Below, piece after piece: positions 50,507 to 62,710 of a stretch of DNA of 64,000 bases. Where the stretch lies: the NCBI RefSeq assembly GCF_001447785.1, contig NW_015170887.1, positions 3,395,461-3,459,460 on the forward strand, given 5' to 3'. How positions within the stretch are numbered: the stretch's first letter is position 1; every line of letters begins with the position of its first letter. This DNA comes from Gekko japonicus (lineage: Eukaryota). The position numbers and the translations under genes are program-made. Below the pieces are notes generated by a model, which did no database searches, was not told the DNA's origin, and worked only from the letters and a program-made list of their open reading frames with translations.

Positions 50507-50940
50507 CAGGGGTTTCGAATTCATTTGTTATGAGGGCCGGATCTGACATAAATGAGACCTTGTCGAGCTAGGCCATGTGGGTCATTATATGTAATGCTAG
50601 GTGGCAGATATATAAACTTTATAAAGGACACAAACAAACACAATTAAAACATGCTTAAACATTAGCACTCTTGCAATATTTTGTTTATTTAACAGTCTCA
50701 GATAACTGTCACCTCTTGTTTTAAATTATTGCATCAGAATCTGGAGACAATGTGCTGTAGCAATCTTGAGTATGCTGTTTGTGTTGTTCAGGTGTGTATC
50801 TGTAAGTTGCAAACCTACTTTTGATTTATTGACATTTATTACCAAAATCTCATGGTCAATGCTCTGAGCCTAAGACCCAGAGGAGAACATGAAATGGCTG
50901 AGCATTGTGAACTTTTGTACATAAATTGCTTCATGTGCTG
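50507..50940. mobile_element. hAT (Charlie-like) non-autonomous fragment
   Basis: Starts caggggtttcgaattcatttg..gagggccggat, a typical hAT-Charlie left end; right end not identified. Confidence 0.55.
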
Positions 50941-52135
50941 GTCAAGAACATGTGAAGGCACCATAACACAGACTGAGGGCTATGTATTTGTCTACAAAAC
51001 TATAGGCTTCCCCCAGAGAAATAACTACAACTCCTATGAGGCAGTGCAAGAAAAGATAAACAGCAATGTATAGTGGTCGGTATCAGCCTACTATCTGGGA
51101 AGTCTAAGTTCAAAACCCCCAGTTTACAAGGGAAATGTGCTGGGGAACTTGGTCTGGACACACGCTCTCAGCCAAATCCACCTCACTGGCTTGTTGTTAT
51201 TCCTCATCTAAATAGTTCACATGGCTTCCCTGCTGAGAAAGACTGGCTCATGAGGGCATGAATACAGTGGAAAGGGGGAGAGAACCCAGTAGCACCCAGG
51301 AGAGCCCTGGCATAAGGAGCCCAACAAAACACACACACACATACTGTAGCACGGCAAAAAGCCCATACCTTGAATAAATGTTTGTTGGTCTTAAAGGTGC
51401 TTTGTATCTCTCCCATGTGATTGAGGGAACTGGGCAAAGGTAGAAGGTTATATTGCAGAAATGGCTCATGAGAAAGGAATTAGCAACTCTGTTTCAGTTT
51501 TATTTGCAATCCCCCACCTGACAAACTGTGAGAGGGATTAATAATGCCTTGGCATCACATATCAATTAGACCTTACTTTCCAAAAACAAAAGGTGGTCAC
51601 TATTGGGCAGATATTGTTTAAGAAGGAAAATAAATGTCTATGTTCTGTGGGTGGTAGTTCAAGTAAGAATTGGAGACCAGCTCAAATACACTGTAGTGCT
51701 CAAATTGTTTCCAAACAAAAAATGGTCTTACATGTTCCCCAGTGACTGTAACCTAAAAGGCAGAGATGGATTTTTTTTCAAAGGTGGAAAAGAAGAAGGA
51801 ACTAGAATTTCTCACAGTTAAAACATATTGACTGAAACATTAAGAAATAACACAGTGATTTAAAATTAACTTCCAGCTAGTTGGTGGTATTTGAAAGATA
51901 GAAAGATATGTTTAGATAAAAAGGAGTAAGAAAGAGGCCTCACACAAACAAAAATGTATTTTTCTGTCACATAGGTGGGGGACAATGAATGTCAGATTAT
52001 TTAATAGTGGCTTTGAATTTAAAAGTACAATTTAGTATTTGTTCTTGGTCACATAATCTGCTTCCCCCTTTTTCGGGTGAGAAAATTAGTTGTTCTCTTT
52101 ACTGGAGGGGGGGGAGCCCTGGAGAGAATGTTAAA

Positions 52136-52577
52136 GGTCCCGTTCACACTAGGCGATTTGGGCCGGGAGTGGGACAGTTCGGGGGCGGAGCAAACCGGCG
52201 CGATCACACCACAACATCTGGGAAGTGTCGTGCTTCCGTCCCCGAACTGGCCCTTCCCCGTGAAAATCCGCCTCAACTTGCAACCACCTACCTTGGTGGT
52301 TCAAGGGGAAGCGGCACGGCAAGCCGGGCGTTTGATCGCCGGCGCGTCCTTGTGCCGGCACAACCCCGGCCCGGAACCGAACTGCGCATGCTCCGACATG
52401 CGCAGTTTGGCCGGCTCCCAGTCAGGGGCGTGTTTTCTCCCCGGCGTTTGATCATGCCGGGGAGAAAAGGTGCCGCGGCCAGGGGATCCATGGGATCCCG
52501 CCGCGGCGTCTCAACGTTGGCGCGGCTTTTAAAAGCCGCGCCTTTAGAGGCTTTTCCCCTGCCGTGTGGCAGGGGCC
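52136..52577. mobile_element. CpG-rich PIF/Harbinger-like MITE
   Basis: Ends ggtcccgttcacac / gtgtggcaggggcc flanked by aaa; internal palindromes including the perfect 24-bp ggcgcggcttttaaaagccgcgcc. Confidence 0.6.
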
Positions 52578-52795
52578 AAAGTAAAGTAAAACCCTCCACC
52601 TATCAGACAAAGGCATGCGTATTTCAAGGGAGAAAAGGTGCCGCGGCCAGGGGATCCATGGGATCCCGCCGCGGCGTCTCAACGTTGGCGCGGCTTTTAA
52701 AAGCCGCGCCTTTAGAGGCTTTTCCCCTGCCGTGTGGCAGGGGCCAAAGGAAAGTAAAACCCTCCACCTATCAGACAAAGGCATGCGTATTTCAA
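52460..52795. repeat. Tandem duplication, 2 x 168 bp
   Basis: 52460-52627 vs 52628-52795; one mismatch seen; ggga microhomology at the junction. Confidence 0.93.
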
Positions 52796-53935
52796 GGGAA
52801 AGGGACTAGAACCAGGGAAGGATTTCATTTCAGCTGCACATTTTAGAATGGTGTGAAGATGAGATGGTAAAACAATTAGAGATCAATAATGCTGCAGAAG
52901 GTGCTTGGAGTACATTTAGCTTAACCCATGAATCACCTGTCTTAAAACAAAACAGAGCAACCCCAAAGCAATTTTGTAATGCATTCTGATCCTTGTAAAT
53001 TTATTATTGGTGATAAAAACTAAGCTAGATGCTCCAAGTGGTGGAATATGCAGGTTGATTTTAATGACCACTTCTGTTTGTATTTTTTTCTTGCTTCTGC
53101 TGCCAACTGTTAGCTGTTAAGAGAGTAGACTGATTAATACTTACTCTCCTCTTGAGTGGATAAAGATTTTACTAATCACCTTGCAAAGTTCAAATGCATT
53201 TAAACAGTGCCAGATGGGTGACTACTACCATTTGGCACTTTCACCCTTAATTCAACAGTCAAATCATTAAATGTGCAAGCATGAAGATACCATGAAGCCT
53301 CCTTAAATCTGGGTGAGAAAAATAGACTTTAGATAATGTTATAATTTAAAGAAAGTAAATTGTCATCTTATTGTCCTGCCCACCAGCTGAACTCACAGCT
53401 TACGCCTACTTTAATACCTGGTTTGTTACCAAGAAAAAAGCTGCAACCTTATAAATTGCCTGATTTGGATATCACAATACATTGCAGTTTAGTAAAGATT
53501 TCCTGGTTTGTTTTTGTGTGTGTGTGCAAAGGGAGGAGAGAGAGAGAGGGCGGAGTGCATGAGGCCAAGGATTTTGTCTGATGCTCTTTTTGTGACACCT
53601 ATGCTCAAAGTGAACACAGGTCACTTTAAATCAGAAGCATTCAGGCAACAGCTGCTTCATTCCCACATGTGCAAGTCTGTGGAGCTCTCTCTGCTCAACA
53701 CCTGGCTCCTTCTCAGGCTATTCCTACCAGGAATTAATTTAAAATTGGCTATTAATAATTAGTGCCAATATTTCTGCACTTACTCCAAAAGGATGGTTGA
53801 GGTCCTGTATCTTTGGCACAAGTGCCCTGAGTTACTGTGTTACAGAGGGTGAACCTAAAGTTAAAAAGATAAAGAAAACATATGACGATTATTCACCTAG
53901 GATTAATGCAAATGTTCCTGGTGGGCAGTGCAGTC

Positions 53936-54141
53936 CAATGTTCCCTCTAAGCTGAGTTACTGTGAGCTAGCTCACATTTTTTAAGCCTCCGGCTCACAGA
54001 TTTTGGTCTTAGCTCAGGAAGGATGGTTCCAAAGCAAACTGATTTATGCAGCAGCCAAATCACCTGCTCACAACTTTAATGCTGGTAGCTCACAAAGCAG
54101 AATTTTTGCTCACAAGACTCCACAGTTTAGAGGGAACATTG
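53936..54141. mobile_element. hAT MITE (206 bp)
   Basis: TIRs caatgttccctctaa / ttagagggaacattg; perfect 8-bp TSD gtgcagtc. Confidence 0.92.
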
Positions 54142-54515
54142 GTGCAGTCCCAAGAAGACTTACACCATTCTAAATCGATTGAAGTCTGCGGACATAGAAG
54201 GGTGTAACTATGCTTAGGACTGTACTGTTGAAGTGTAGCAGCTAAGCAAATTTTGTTTTGAGCAACAAGACCTACCTACCAGGGTGATGTCCTAGAAGTG
54301 AAATTAGGACCCTTGATGTGATGCAATTATCTGAGAGGCAGGATGCTTGGGAAATTCTCCCCCATCTGCATTTCTCACCAGATTTTGAGTTGTGAGATCT
54401 TGTTTGCAGTTGGCATCATTGTTATAGCAATCTGGCATCCTTCTGCTTTTGAGTTGCAGACATTGTACAGAGTGCCAGGCAGGTGGAGTTTGCCACAGGT
54501 TTCTGTTTCCTTTTA

Positions 54516-55590
54516 TCTATATATCTAATAGCCAAGGTGCCCCCTGCGTGTGGATATCTAAATCCGCACATCAGAGGCACCTAGAGGGCAAAGAGTTTTT
54601 TCTGCACATTTGGGCAATCCCCAGATGTGCAGAAAAATCTAAAAAGTTGAAAAAAGTATACGGGGGATATTTAAATCCCCCCCAAAGTACAAGAGCATTC
54701 CCTGTGCATGTGCAGAGAACACCCTGGCAACTGTCCTGCCACCGCCACCGATGGGGCAGGAGGGGGTGGGAGAAGGCTTGGTGGGTCAGCGGCTAAGAGC
54801 TGCTCAGGTCTCACCACCACTGCGGGGGGGGGGAAGGAAGGAGAAGGCTTCGCAGCCTGAGCTCAGGCCTTGCCGCTGCCACCAGGGGGGAGGGGGAAAG
54901 AGAAGTCTTGGTGGGTCGAGCTTAGGCCTCGGTACCGGGGGGGAGGAGGGAGAAGGCTTGGTGGGCCCGGTGGCTGGGAGCTGTGCAGGCCTCACTGTTG
55001 GTGTGTGTGGGGGGGGAGAAGGCTCACCTGCGGATGCTTCCTTCTCTGCCACATGGAGCTCTCCACATCAGAGGCACCTAGAGGGCAAAGAGTTTTTTCT
55101 GCACATTTGGGCAATCCCCAGATGTGCAGAAAAATCTAAAAAGTTGAAAAAAGTATACGGGGGATATTTAAATCCCCCCCAAAGTACAAGAGCATTCCCT
55201 GTGCATGTGCAGAGAACACCCTGGCAACTGTCCTGCCACCGCCACCGATGGGGCAGGAGGGGGTGGGAGAAGGCTTGGTGGGTCAGCGGCTAAGAGCTGC
55301 TCAGGTCTCACCACCACTGCGGGGGGGGGGAAGGAAGGAGAAGGCTTCGCAGCCTGAGCTCAGGCCTTGCCGCTGCCACCAGGGGGGAGGGGGAAAGAGA
55401 AGTCTTGGTGGGTCGAGCTTAGGCCTCGGTACCGGGGGGGAGGAGGGAGAAGGCTTGGTGGGCCCGGTGGCTGGGAGCTGTGCAGGCCTCACTGTTGGTG
55501 TGTGTGGGGGGGGAGAAGGCTCACCTGCGGATGCTTCCTTCTCTGCCACATGGAGCTCTCCCCCACGAGTATCGCGGGTTCCCCTTCTTG
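54516..55590 (+). mobile_element. Helitron-like non-autonomous element containing a 497-bp tandem duplication
   Basis: A^TCTATATATCTAATAG 5' end; 3' hairpin cccacga-gta-tcgcggg then ttccccttCTTG^T; no TSD. Confidence 0.55.
54567..55560. repeat. Tandem duplication, 2 x 497 bp
   Basis: 54567-55063 vs 55064-55560; no differences seen by eye. Confidence 0.95.
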
Positions 55591-55669
55591 TTTCGTTATA
55601 TTTCTGCTGAGGCACTTGCTGACTGGTGGGGTTTTTTGGTATTTTTTGTATGCTTTTTATATTTGCACG

Positions 55670-56060
55670 TGTGTGTGAGTGTGTGTGCAGCTGGAAGTCA
55701 TGGTGACCTCTGGTGACTGACCCCTACTGAGGGCCTGGAGGATATTCAGAGAGGTGGCTGAATGAAGCCTACTTCCCCCTCCCGTCTGCTGGTATTCCAA
55801 GGAGGTCTCCCATCCAAATACTTGCCAGAGTCAACCCTGCTTAGCTTCTGAGATCTGACAAGATCGGACTTGCCTGGGCTATCCAGGTCAGGGCTGAAAT
55901 AGGGCTTTTGATGCATATCAGTACCACTCACAAGCACTCAAGCCTGTCTTCGCCTCCCGCCTCTGGTATTTTAAGGAAGTCTCCCATCCAAGTACTTGCC
56001 AGAGTGGACCCTACTTAGCTTCTGAGCTCAGGCTTTCCTGGGCTATCCAGGATAGGGCAG
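55670..56060 (-). mobile_element. Two adjacent 5S-derived SINE copies
   Basis: 5S-like reverse-complement heads at about 55790-55895 and 55960-56060. Confidence 0.78.
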
Positions 56061-57934
56061 GCACTTGCTGATGGTTGATGTTTGTTTGGTGATTTCTTTT
56101 TCAGAATAATCTTATTTTTAATATGTTTTAATTGTTGCTAAATAAGTATTTTATCATCAGTGATTTTATTTTGTGGCTAATTTCTTAGTTTACTTTAGAG
56201 TCCTGTTTTATTCTGCTGTTTCTGTAATTTTCTTTTTTAAAAATGGCCTGTATTGGTTCTTTACTGTTTCAGCTGCTTTTTATTCTGCAGACTGCAAGCA
56301 TACTGTAAATATATTAAATAAATAAACAGTGGCTTTTGTTCAACCATCTGGAGACTTTGCAGAGTGGGACTTTCCCCCTCACTTCAGGTGCTGTCCACTG
56401 AACCCCCTGCAAAATTTTGGATTTTTCTGCATTCTCATTTTCTTCACTTGTAAGTTCCAGTGGCTTTGGGATTTTCCCCCGTTCCATGTGTATATTACTC
56501 TCTCAAGGGGTAGATTCGATATTGCATAGGTTTATGTTCAGTATATCTCCCTGCAGTTTTAAACTACAGGTTTTCATGCTTGACATAAACCAATGAAATA
56601 TAGAATTGACCACTAGAGGGAGCAAAACATGTGTGGAACAGACCCCCCCCCCGCCCACCCAGCGGGTTGTGCATTCGGTTCGGACAAACCGAATGCACCC
56701 CCGAAAATGGCCCATTTGGACCCCTTTCGGGCTGCTGCAGGCTGATTCAGATTCTCTGATCTGAATCGGCTTGCTGCCGAATTGACGCCGAATTTCAGCG
56801 GCAATTCAGCCCCATTATATCATATGGGCCATTGAAATAAATGGCGAAAACATAGGGTATATTCTGGGGGGTGGAGGGGAGGGGGTTTGAGGGAGAGGCT
56901 CCAAACTCACAGGGTAGTTGCTGGAGCCTCTCCCCAAGATACAAACCAAGTTTGAAGAGCATTGGACCAGGGGGTCCAATTCTATGGGGCCCCAAACAGG
57001 TTACCCCTATCCACTCCATTGTTCTCTATGGTGGGAAAAAATTAACATTTTTTCCCATCTAGTCATACTGTCAACCTCTAACCCTGCTAAAATGCCAGCG
57101 AGCGCATGCTCTCCCCTGATGAATTTTCTTTTCACAGTAGGACTAACTGGCCTCTGATGACTACTATATGAGGAGAGCCCATCCTGTCACTACGGATAAC
57201 CCGATTAGTACCTGCAAAGGGCATAACTGGCCGTCCTATTGATAACATCCCTCTGAAAATGGGATGCTGTTGTTGTTACTGCACCATTGCCTGTGCCACT
57301 CTCAAGAAGGTCACTACCCAGCAATTTACAGCTTTGCAAAACTTACACAAGAGAAAATGGCAGTTCTTTGATGGGGTTAAAAAAGGGATGTGAAGAATCC
57401 TCCTCCCACCTCCTAGTGTTATAAACACCACATTGTTGAACTTGTACTTGAAGTCTGGAAGGTGCATCTTGGAGCCTCAAATTAAATCGCATACTGTAAT
57501 CCCCCACCCAATTTGCATGCTGTCATTATCCGCCTAATTGCTGCTTGCTCTGCTCCATAATGCTTCCCCAATGCTGATTTATTTGTCACACTTAAATGTT
57601 TTCTAGTTTACAAGTGTGACTGTTTGTCTTAAATTTAATAATTACTCTGTACCTATTTAAGCCCCCCCCCCCCATTTGGATTTCTTGAGGCAGCTGTGAG
57701 TCTAGTATTTCACTCATGGGTCAGAAGATGTGCTGTACTTTGTTATTTGCTTCATTAATTTGCACAGAGCCACAAATCATCATTTAATGGAAAGTAGATT
57801 TTTCCTAAGGATACTGAATTTATAGATCTCCTTATGCCTTAACCTTTTAAGTATACTTGTCAGAATGAAAGTTTGTGCTGAGAGAGATTCTTCCTCACAA
57901 CAAACTTGTGGAAACTCAACCCCAAAGTGACTTT

Positions 57935-58142
57935 GGTGGTGTCAAGTCACAGCTAACTTATGGCAACCCTACGGGGTTTTCAAGGCAAGAGATGTTCAAA
58001 GGTGGCTTGTCATTGTCTACCCTTGCATAGCAACCCTGGTATTCCTTGGAGGTCTCCCACCCCAATACTAGCCAGGGCCAACCCTGCTTAGCTTCTAAGA
58101 TCTGATGAGATGGGGCTAGCCTGGGACATCCAGGTCAAGGCA
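57935..58142 (-). mobile_element. 5S-derived SINE with Sauria/BovB-type tail
   Basis: ggggttttcaaggcaagagatgttc tail plus ccctgcttagcttctaagatctgatgaga head. Confidence 0.8.
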
Positions 58143-60089
58143 AAGTGACTTTCTTGGTAGCCAAATAAAAGTCTGGAAACAGCAGTTGCTGCATTGTGCT
58201 GTTACCACCTTAAAAAGGGAGAAGGATGAGGTCTCAGACATGGTTGGTCAACCAGGGTGGTCCGTGCAACAGTCACCCCCACGCACACCCCTGCATTCAG
58301 CCCAACCTCCTTTGCATGGTTCTTTTGCCCAGAGTAGCAAAAGCTCCCTCCCTGCTTGCTCCCTGAGGCATCTTTAAGGTCAGATTGGCAAGCCATCCAT
58401 TGTTCAGTGGGATGTTCCAAATTCTTGTGAGAGTTTGGGAAGCCTACCTGGTCATGCATGGTTTGCCACGATGTGTTTAAAGGGAGTGAAGAGAGAGTGC
58501 ACATTTAACGGCTCTGGATCCTGGGCAAGGGGAAACAGCAAGAAGAGTGGGAGAGGCAGAGGCAGAGGCAGAGCTGTCCATGGACCTCAGAGTGTCACTC
58601 TGTAGCCATGTAGAGATCTTTTTGCAGCTTCCAGACAACAAGGGTTTGTTCAGGCAGTCTTAATCTGCAGGATTATTCTTGATGAAGGTGTGGTGTGGAA
58701 GCCGGTCTGGAGTTAACACATTCTACCTCCCTTCCCATCCCCAGGAAGGCATAAACAGACTGGGAAGACACCACATTCAAATAAATGTGGGATCTTTCCC
58801 CACATATCCGTTCACTTTGCTCTAGTGATGTGAGCTGGGATCTGGTGGAGCAAGAAGTAAGGATTCCTGAACCCAAGCTGGCTTGGATCATGTTCTGCTC
58901 ACTAGCTGCGAGCAGGGTGGAGATTTTTTGACGGTCAATTCTGCTGAGCACAAAGGGCCCCAACCTTGTTTTTCAGGCTACTCTTCGAGTGTTGTCACAA
59001 ACATGGTATCACATAGAGTTGTAAACTGGTGTACATGATGCATGCATTCCATCACCCCATAAGAGTCCTACTCTCCTCCTCCCTGACAGACCCAACATGG
59101 TCTCAACACAGGACAGATGATGAGCAAAGTGGTCAGATAGTGGCTGCAAATAAACAATGCATTTCTGAAGGAGTTGACCATTTGGCGTCCATCTGGCCCT
59201 TTGTTGTCACTGAAAACATTTTGCACATAGGCACTAATGCACAGCTCTGTGGATGTCCCAGCACCCACCAGCAGGGAATCAGTCCAATCTGCTGTGAAGA
59301 AGTGGGACGGAATGCAAGGCAGGAGGAGGTGGAACTGTACCACTGTGCAGCTGCTGTGTAGCTGTGATACTGCTCAGGCATTGCTTGGGGTTTACTGTAG
59401 CAAGGCAGGAAAATCCAAAGCTTGCTTTGAGGGTGGTATAGCTTTCAATAAGGACTTCTTGGAAGGAGGACTAGTGTTCTCAGAACAACTCACACAGATA
59501 TCTATCATCTGATAAAGAGTTCCTAATATCCTGACGTGATTTAAACATAGTACAATTCCACCATCTCAGGTGAACATTTCCAAAACTTACTGGATACAGG
59601 GTTTTCTTTAAAAAAAAAAAGTCTAGTGGCACATAAATACCATTCAAATAGCATTTTATATTGGAATTCTGTTGAACAGTAGCACAATGAGGATTTTTTT
59701 TAAAAAAAAATCCATATATTATGCAAAGTCTTATCCTTTATAATGAAACATCTCTTTTTTCCCCACTGGAATAGAAATTGTTCTTTTTTCTCCCAGCCTA
59801 CCTTCCTTCAAAGTGTATATACTAATAAACCCCTCATCCTTGTACTATCATTAAGTGGAACGTCTTCACAGGGAGTAAGTTGATGTAATTCTAATTAAAG
59901 GCTTAACATCTTTAATACAAAATGTCTTATGCATTGAAAATGTATGTATTGAAATCATGGTGGATACTAGCCCTGGCTTCTCTCACGTCATCCCACTTAC
60001 GGTAACAAAAATTCCATTCATTACTGTATCCATATATATATTAAATACTTATACCTTTCCCAGTTGGAAAAAAACCCCACCAAGCCTTC

Positions 60090-61400
60090 TCTCTTTATTC
60101 AAGTTGTGATAATTCACAGAAGACTCTCTAAGGAGACATAGATGGCCTCAATGTATACTTTTACTTCTCTCACACAGATAGATGTAGTGAAATAATCTTA
60201 CATTTCATTGTACATACCCTTTCTGCAAACTGCAAAATATCCTCTAAGGATTTTAGCATATTTAGTTGTACTAGTCTCTGTCCAATACAACATTTATTCA
60301 TATTTAACCATTGCTTAAACCATGAAACCTCATCCTAAAAGATTAGGAATAGCTGACCTGCTTTCATTTACAGTTTTATACCTGGTTTTAGCCTTTAATC
60401 TGGGTTGCTTTCTTGCCCATGCACAATCTTCTATAGTCATTTGCTAACTNNNNNNNNNNNNNNNNNNNNNNAAACAGCAATTTTGTAGACATTTTAATTA
60501 CAAAAATCCTGGTAAACCAAGATAGTTGAAGCTGATTCCATTTTTCTATTCTTTTCTCAAGCTTCTCCACCTTTGCATCATAATTAATCTTTGCCAGTTC
60601 TGATCTTTTAAAAGAGCAGTCTAGTTCTCTTAAAAAAACACACACACACTCAGTATACAACATGGCATATCCATTAATTGATTTCTTTCTCTCCCTCTTA
60701 TACCCCCAAATAAGTTTTCCAGTTTTAGTGGAAAATGAGATGAGAATTAAAAGGTTGCTGAAACATAATACCATCTGTATTCAATGAATTTTTTTACTTG
60801 ATCATTCCATAACAACATTCCTTTGATCTTTTCTGCAGCTCGTATTAACATTACAAAAGGCTTAATAGTCAGTGCAAATAACAAGGAGAAGAAAGGCAGC
60901 CCTGTTGTGGACCATATTTCAGTGTTGGAGAGTTTATTAGATGACCATTAATTAACAATTTAGCGAGGGCAGAATAAGTAAATAGCCTGTATCTTTTTAA
61001 TCAATCTAATATCTATATTGAAAAATTAATTTATTACATACCACTCTGTCAAAGGCTTTAGCTGTGCTCTGAAGCAGAAGTATAGTAGGACTTTCTGCTA
61101 TTTGTACATCACTTATAATATTTATGGTTCTTCTGATGTTATTTATAATGATCCTTCCCTTTATAAATCTTGTTTCCCCCATGTTAACATATTTACCAAT
61201 AATCTCATTTTACCTTCATTCCCTTTTCCTTTAAATATTTTATGATCAGTGTTTATGAATGCGATTGGCCTGTATGATCCCACTTTATCTCCAATTTTAT
61301 TAGACTTGCCAGAACTGTGTTTTTCTAAAAGGGTTCTCATTGTTTGTCTGATAAGTTTTTTCCTCTATTTTTAAATGAAAATTAGCTTTAAAAACAACAA
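60090..61400 (-). mobile_element. Decayed L1-like ORF2 (RT) fragment
   Basis: Minus-strand motifs SYRPIAFINTDHKIF, GRIIINNIRR, KAFDRV, QQGC.FSLLFALTI.P, W..LQLSW..RI.VIKM. Confidence 0.8.
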
Positions 61401-62336
61401 CGAATGTTTGGGAAAGTTGTACAACACAAAGTTCCACTTTGCCCAGAAACAATCAAATAACGTGCATCACAAGAGTTATTCTTGAATCAAGTTAACAACA
61501 TAGTCCATGATGTTCCTTACTGAATTTTTCTGCAGCATGCTTTGTGGGGAAATGCTCATGATGATACTACACCTTTAGAGTTGCCAACCTCCAGGTGGTG
61601 GCTGGAGATCTCCTGGGATTACAACTGATTCAGGCACCAGGGATCAGTTCACCAGGAGAAGATGGCCTCTTTAGAGGGTGGACTGTGTGGCATTCTACCC
61701 CACTGAAGTCTCTCCCTTCCCCAAACCATGCCCTCCTCGGGCTCCCACCCCACAGTATTAGAAAGGAAGCTAATATAGGTTTTAAATAAATAAAATAAAT
61801 ACCACCGGCTTAAATAAATTTTGCAGCAGTTTTGGAGTAACATGATTCAGCAAATTAAACACCACTTTCAGCAGTTGCCAGTTGCTATTTTCTTATCTAA
61901 AGGATATAGGAGGAGCTAGACATAGAAAGTTGATTGTACTGGATACTTTTCAGATACTTTTAATACATAAAAATAGTTTCTTGTTAAGCAGATTGTATCT
62001 ATGGTCTCTACAATGCAATACTCTAAAGCATGTCAGCAGAAAGGTAGATGATAAAATGCTCTGTGACAGCTTGCCTTGCTGTCCCTGCCCCAGTAAGCAT
62101 ACCACAGTCACTGTTGTGTTCTGGGTTCCAGTGCAACCCTTTAAAGATTCAGCTGGATGCTGGCATGGCCAGGCTGGAGGTGCATCCATTGGTACCGAGG
62201 CCAGGATGGGTACAAACCAATATGCTGAGAGTCCTTTAAAAGCAGCCTATCCTAGCGCAATGGAACAGCACAGAGATAACTAATTGGAGGAAGAAGCTCC
62301 ACGGTTTTTGTAGCAAAGAAGAAGGTGGCTGGGAGG

Positions 62337-62710
62337 TAGGGTTGCCAACTGGCAGAGGATGAGGGAGACTTACCAGAGGTAGGAGAGAGACAGAGGCTAC
62401 ATTGCTGGCAAGATGGAAATGCACCAGAAGTGATGTCATCATGTTGCGCTGTCACAGCAATGCTCTAGTATTAGGGCAAAGCTCCATGGTAAAAGTGTCT
62501 TCTACTATAGAGTTTTTGCCAACTACCAGAGTGTTGCTGTGATGTTGCTGATGTGATGGCATCACTTCCGGTACATGTGGGAAGTGATGTTGCCACATTG
62601 CCAGTGACATAGCCTGGTCCTCCTTCCTGTTCCTGGTAAGTCTCCCCGCTGGCCAGCTGATCAGCAGCAGGGAGTGAGGCTTCCAGGAGGGGGTCTTCCG
62701 AGGTAGCAAT
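62337..62710. mobile_element. TAGGGTTGCC-family MITE
   Basis: Starts tagggttgccaac; body with the same gatgtcac/catcacttccg and ctctatgg-type motifs as 6808-7182; right end degenerate. Confidence 0.65.

Noticed and set aside
51989-52846. Longest ORF in the window (285 aa)
   Set aside because: Open only because it crosses a GC-rich MITE and an in-frame 168-bp duplication; no recognisable domain.
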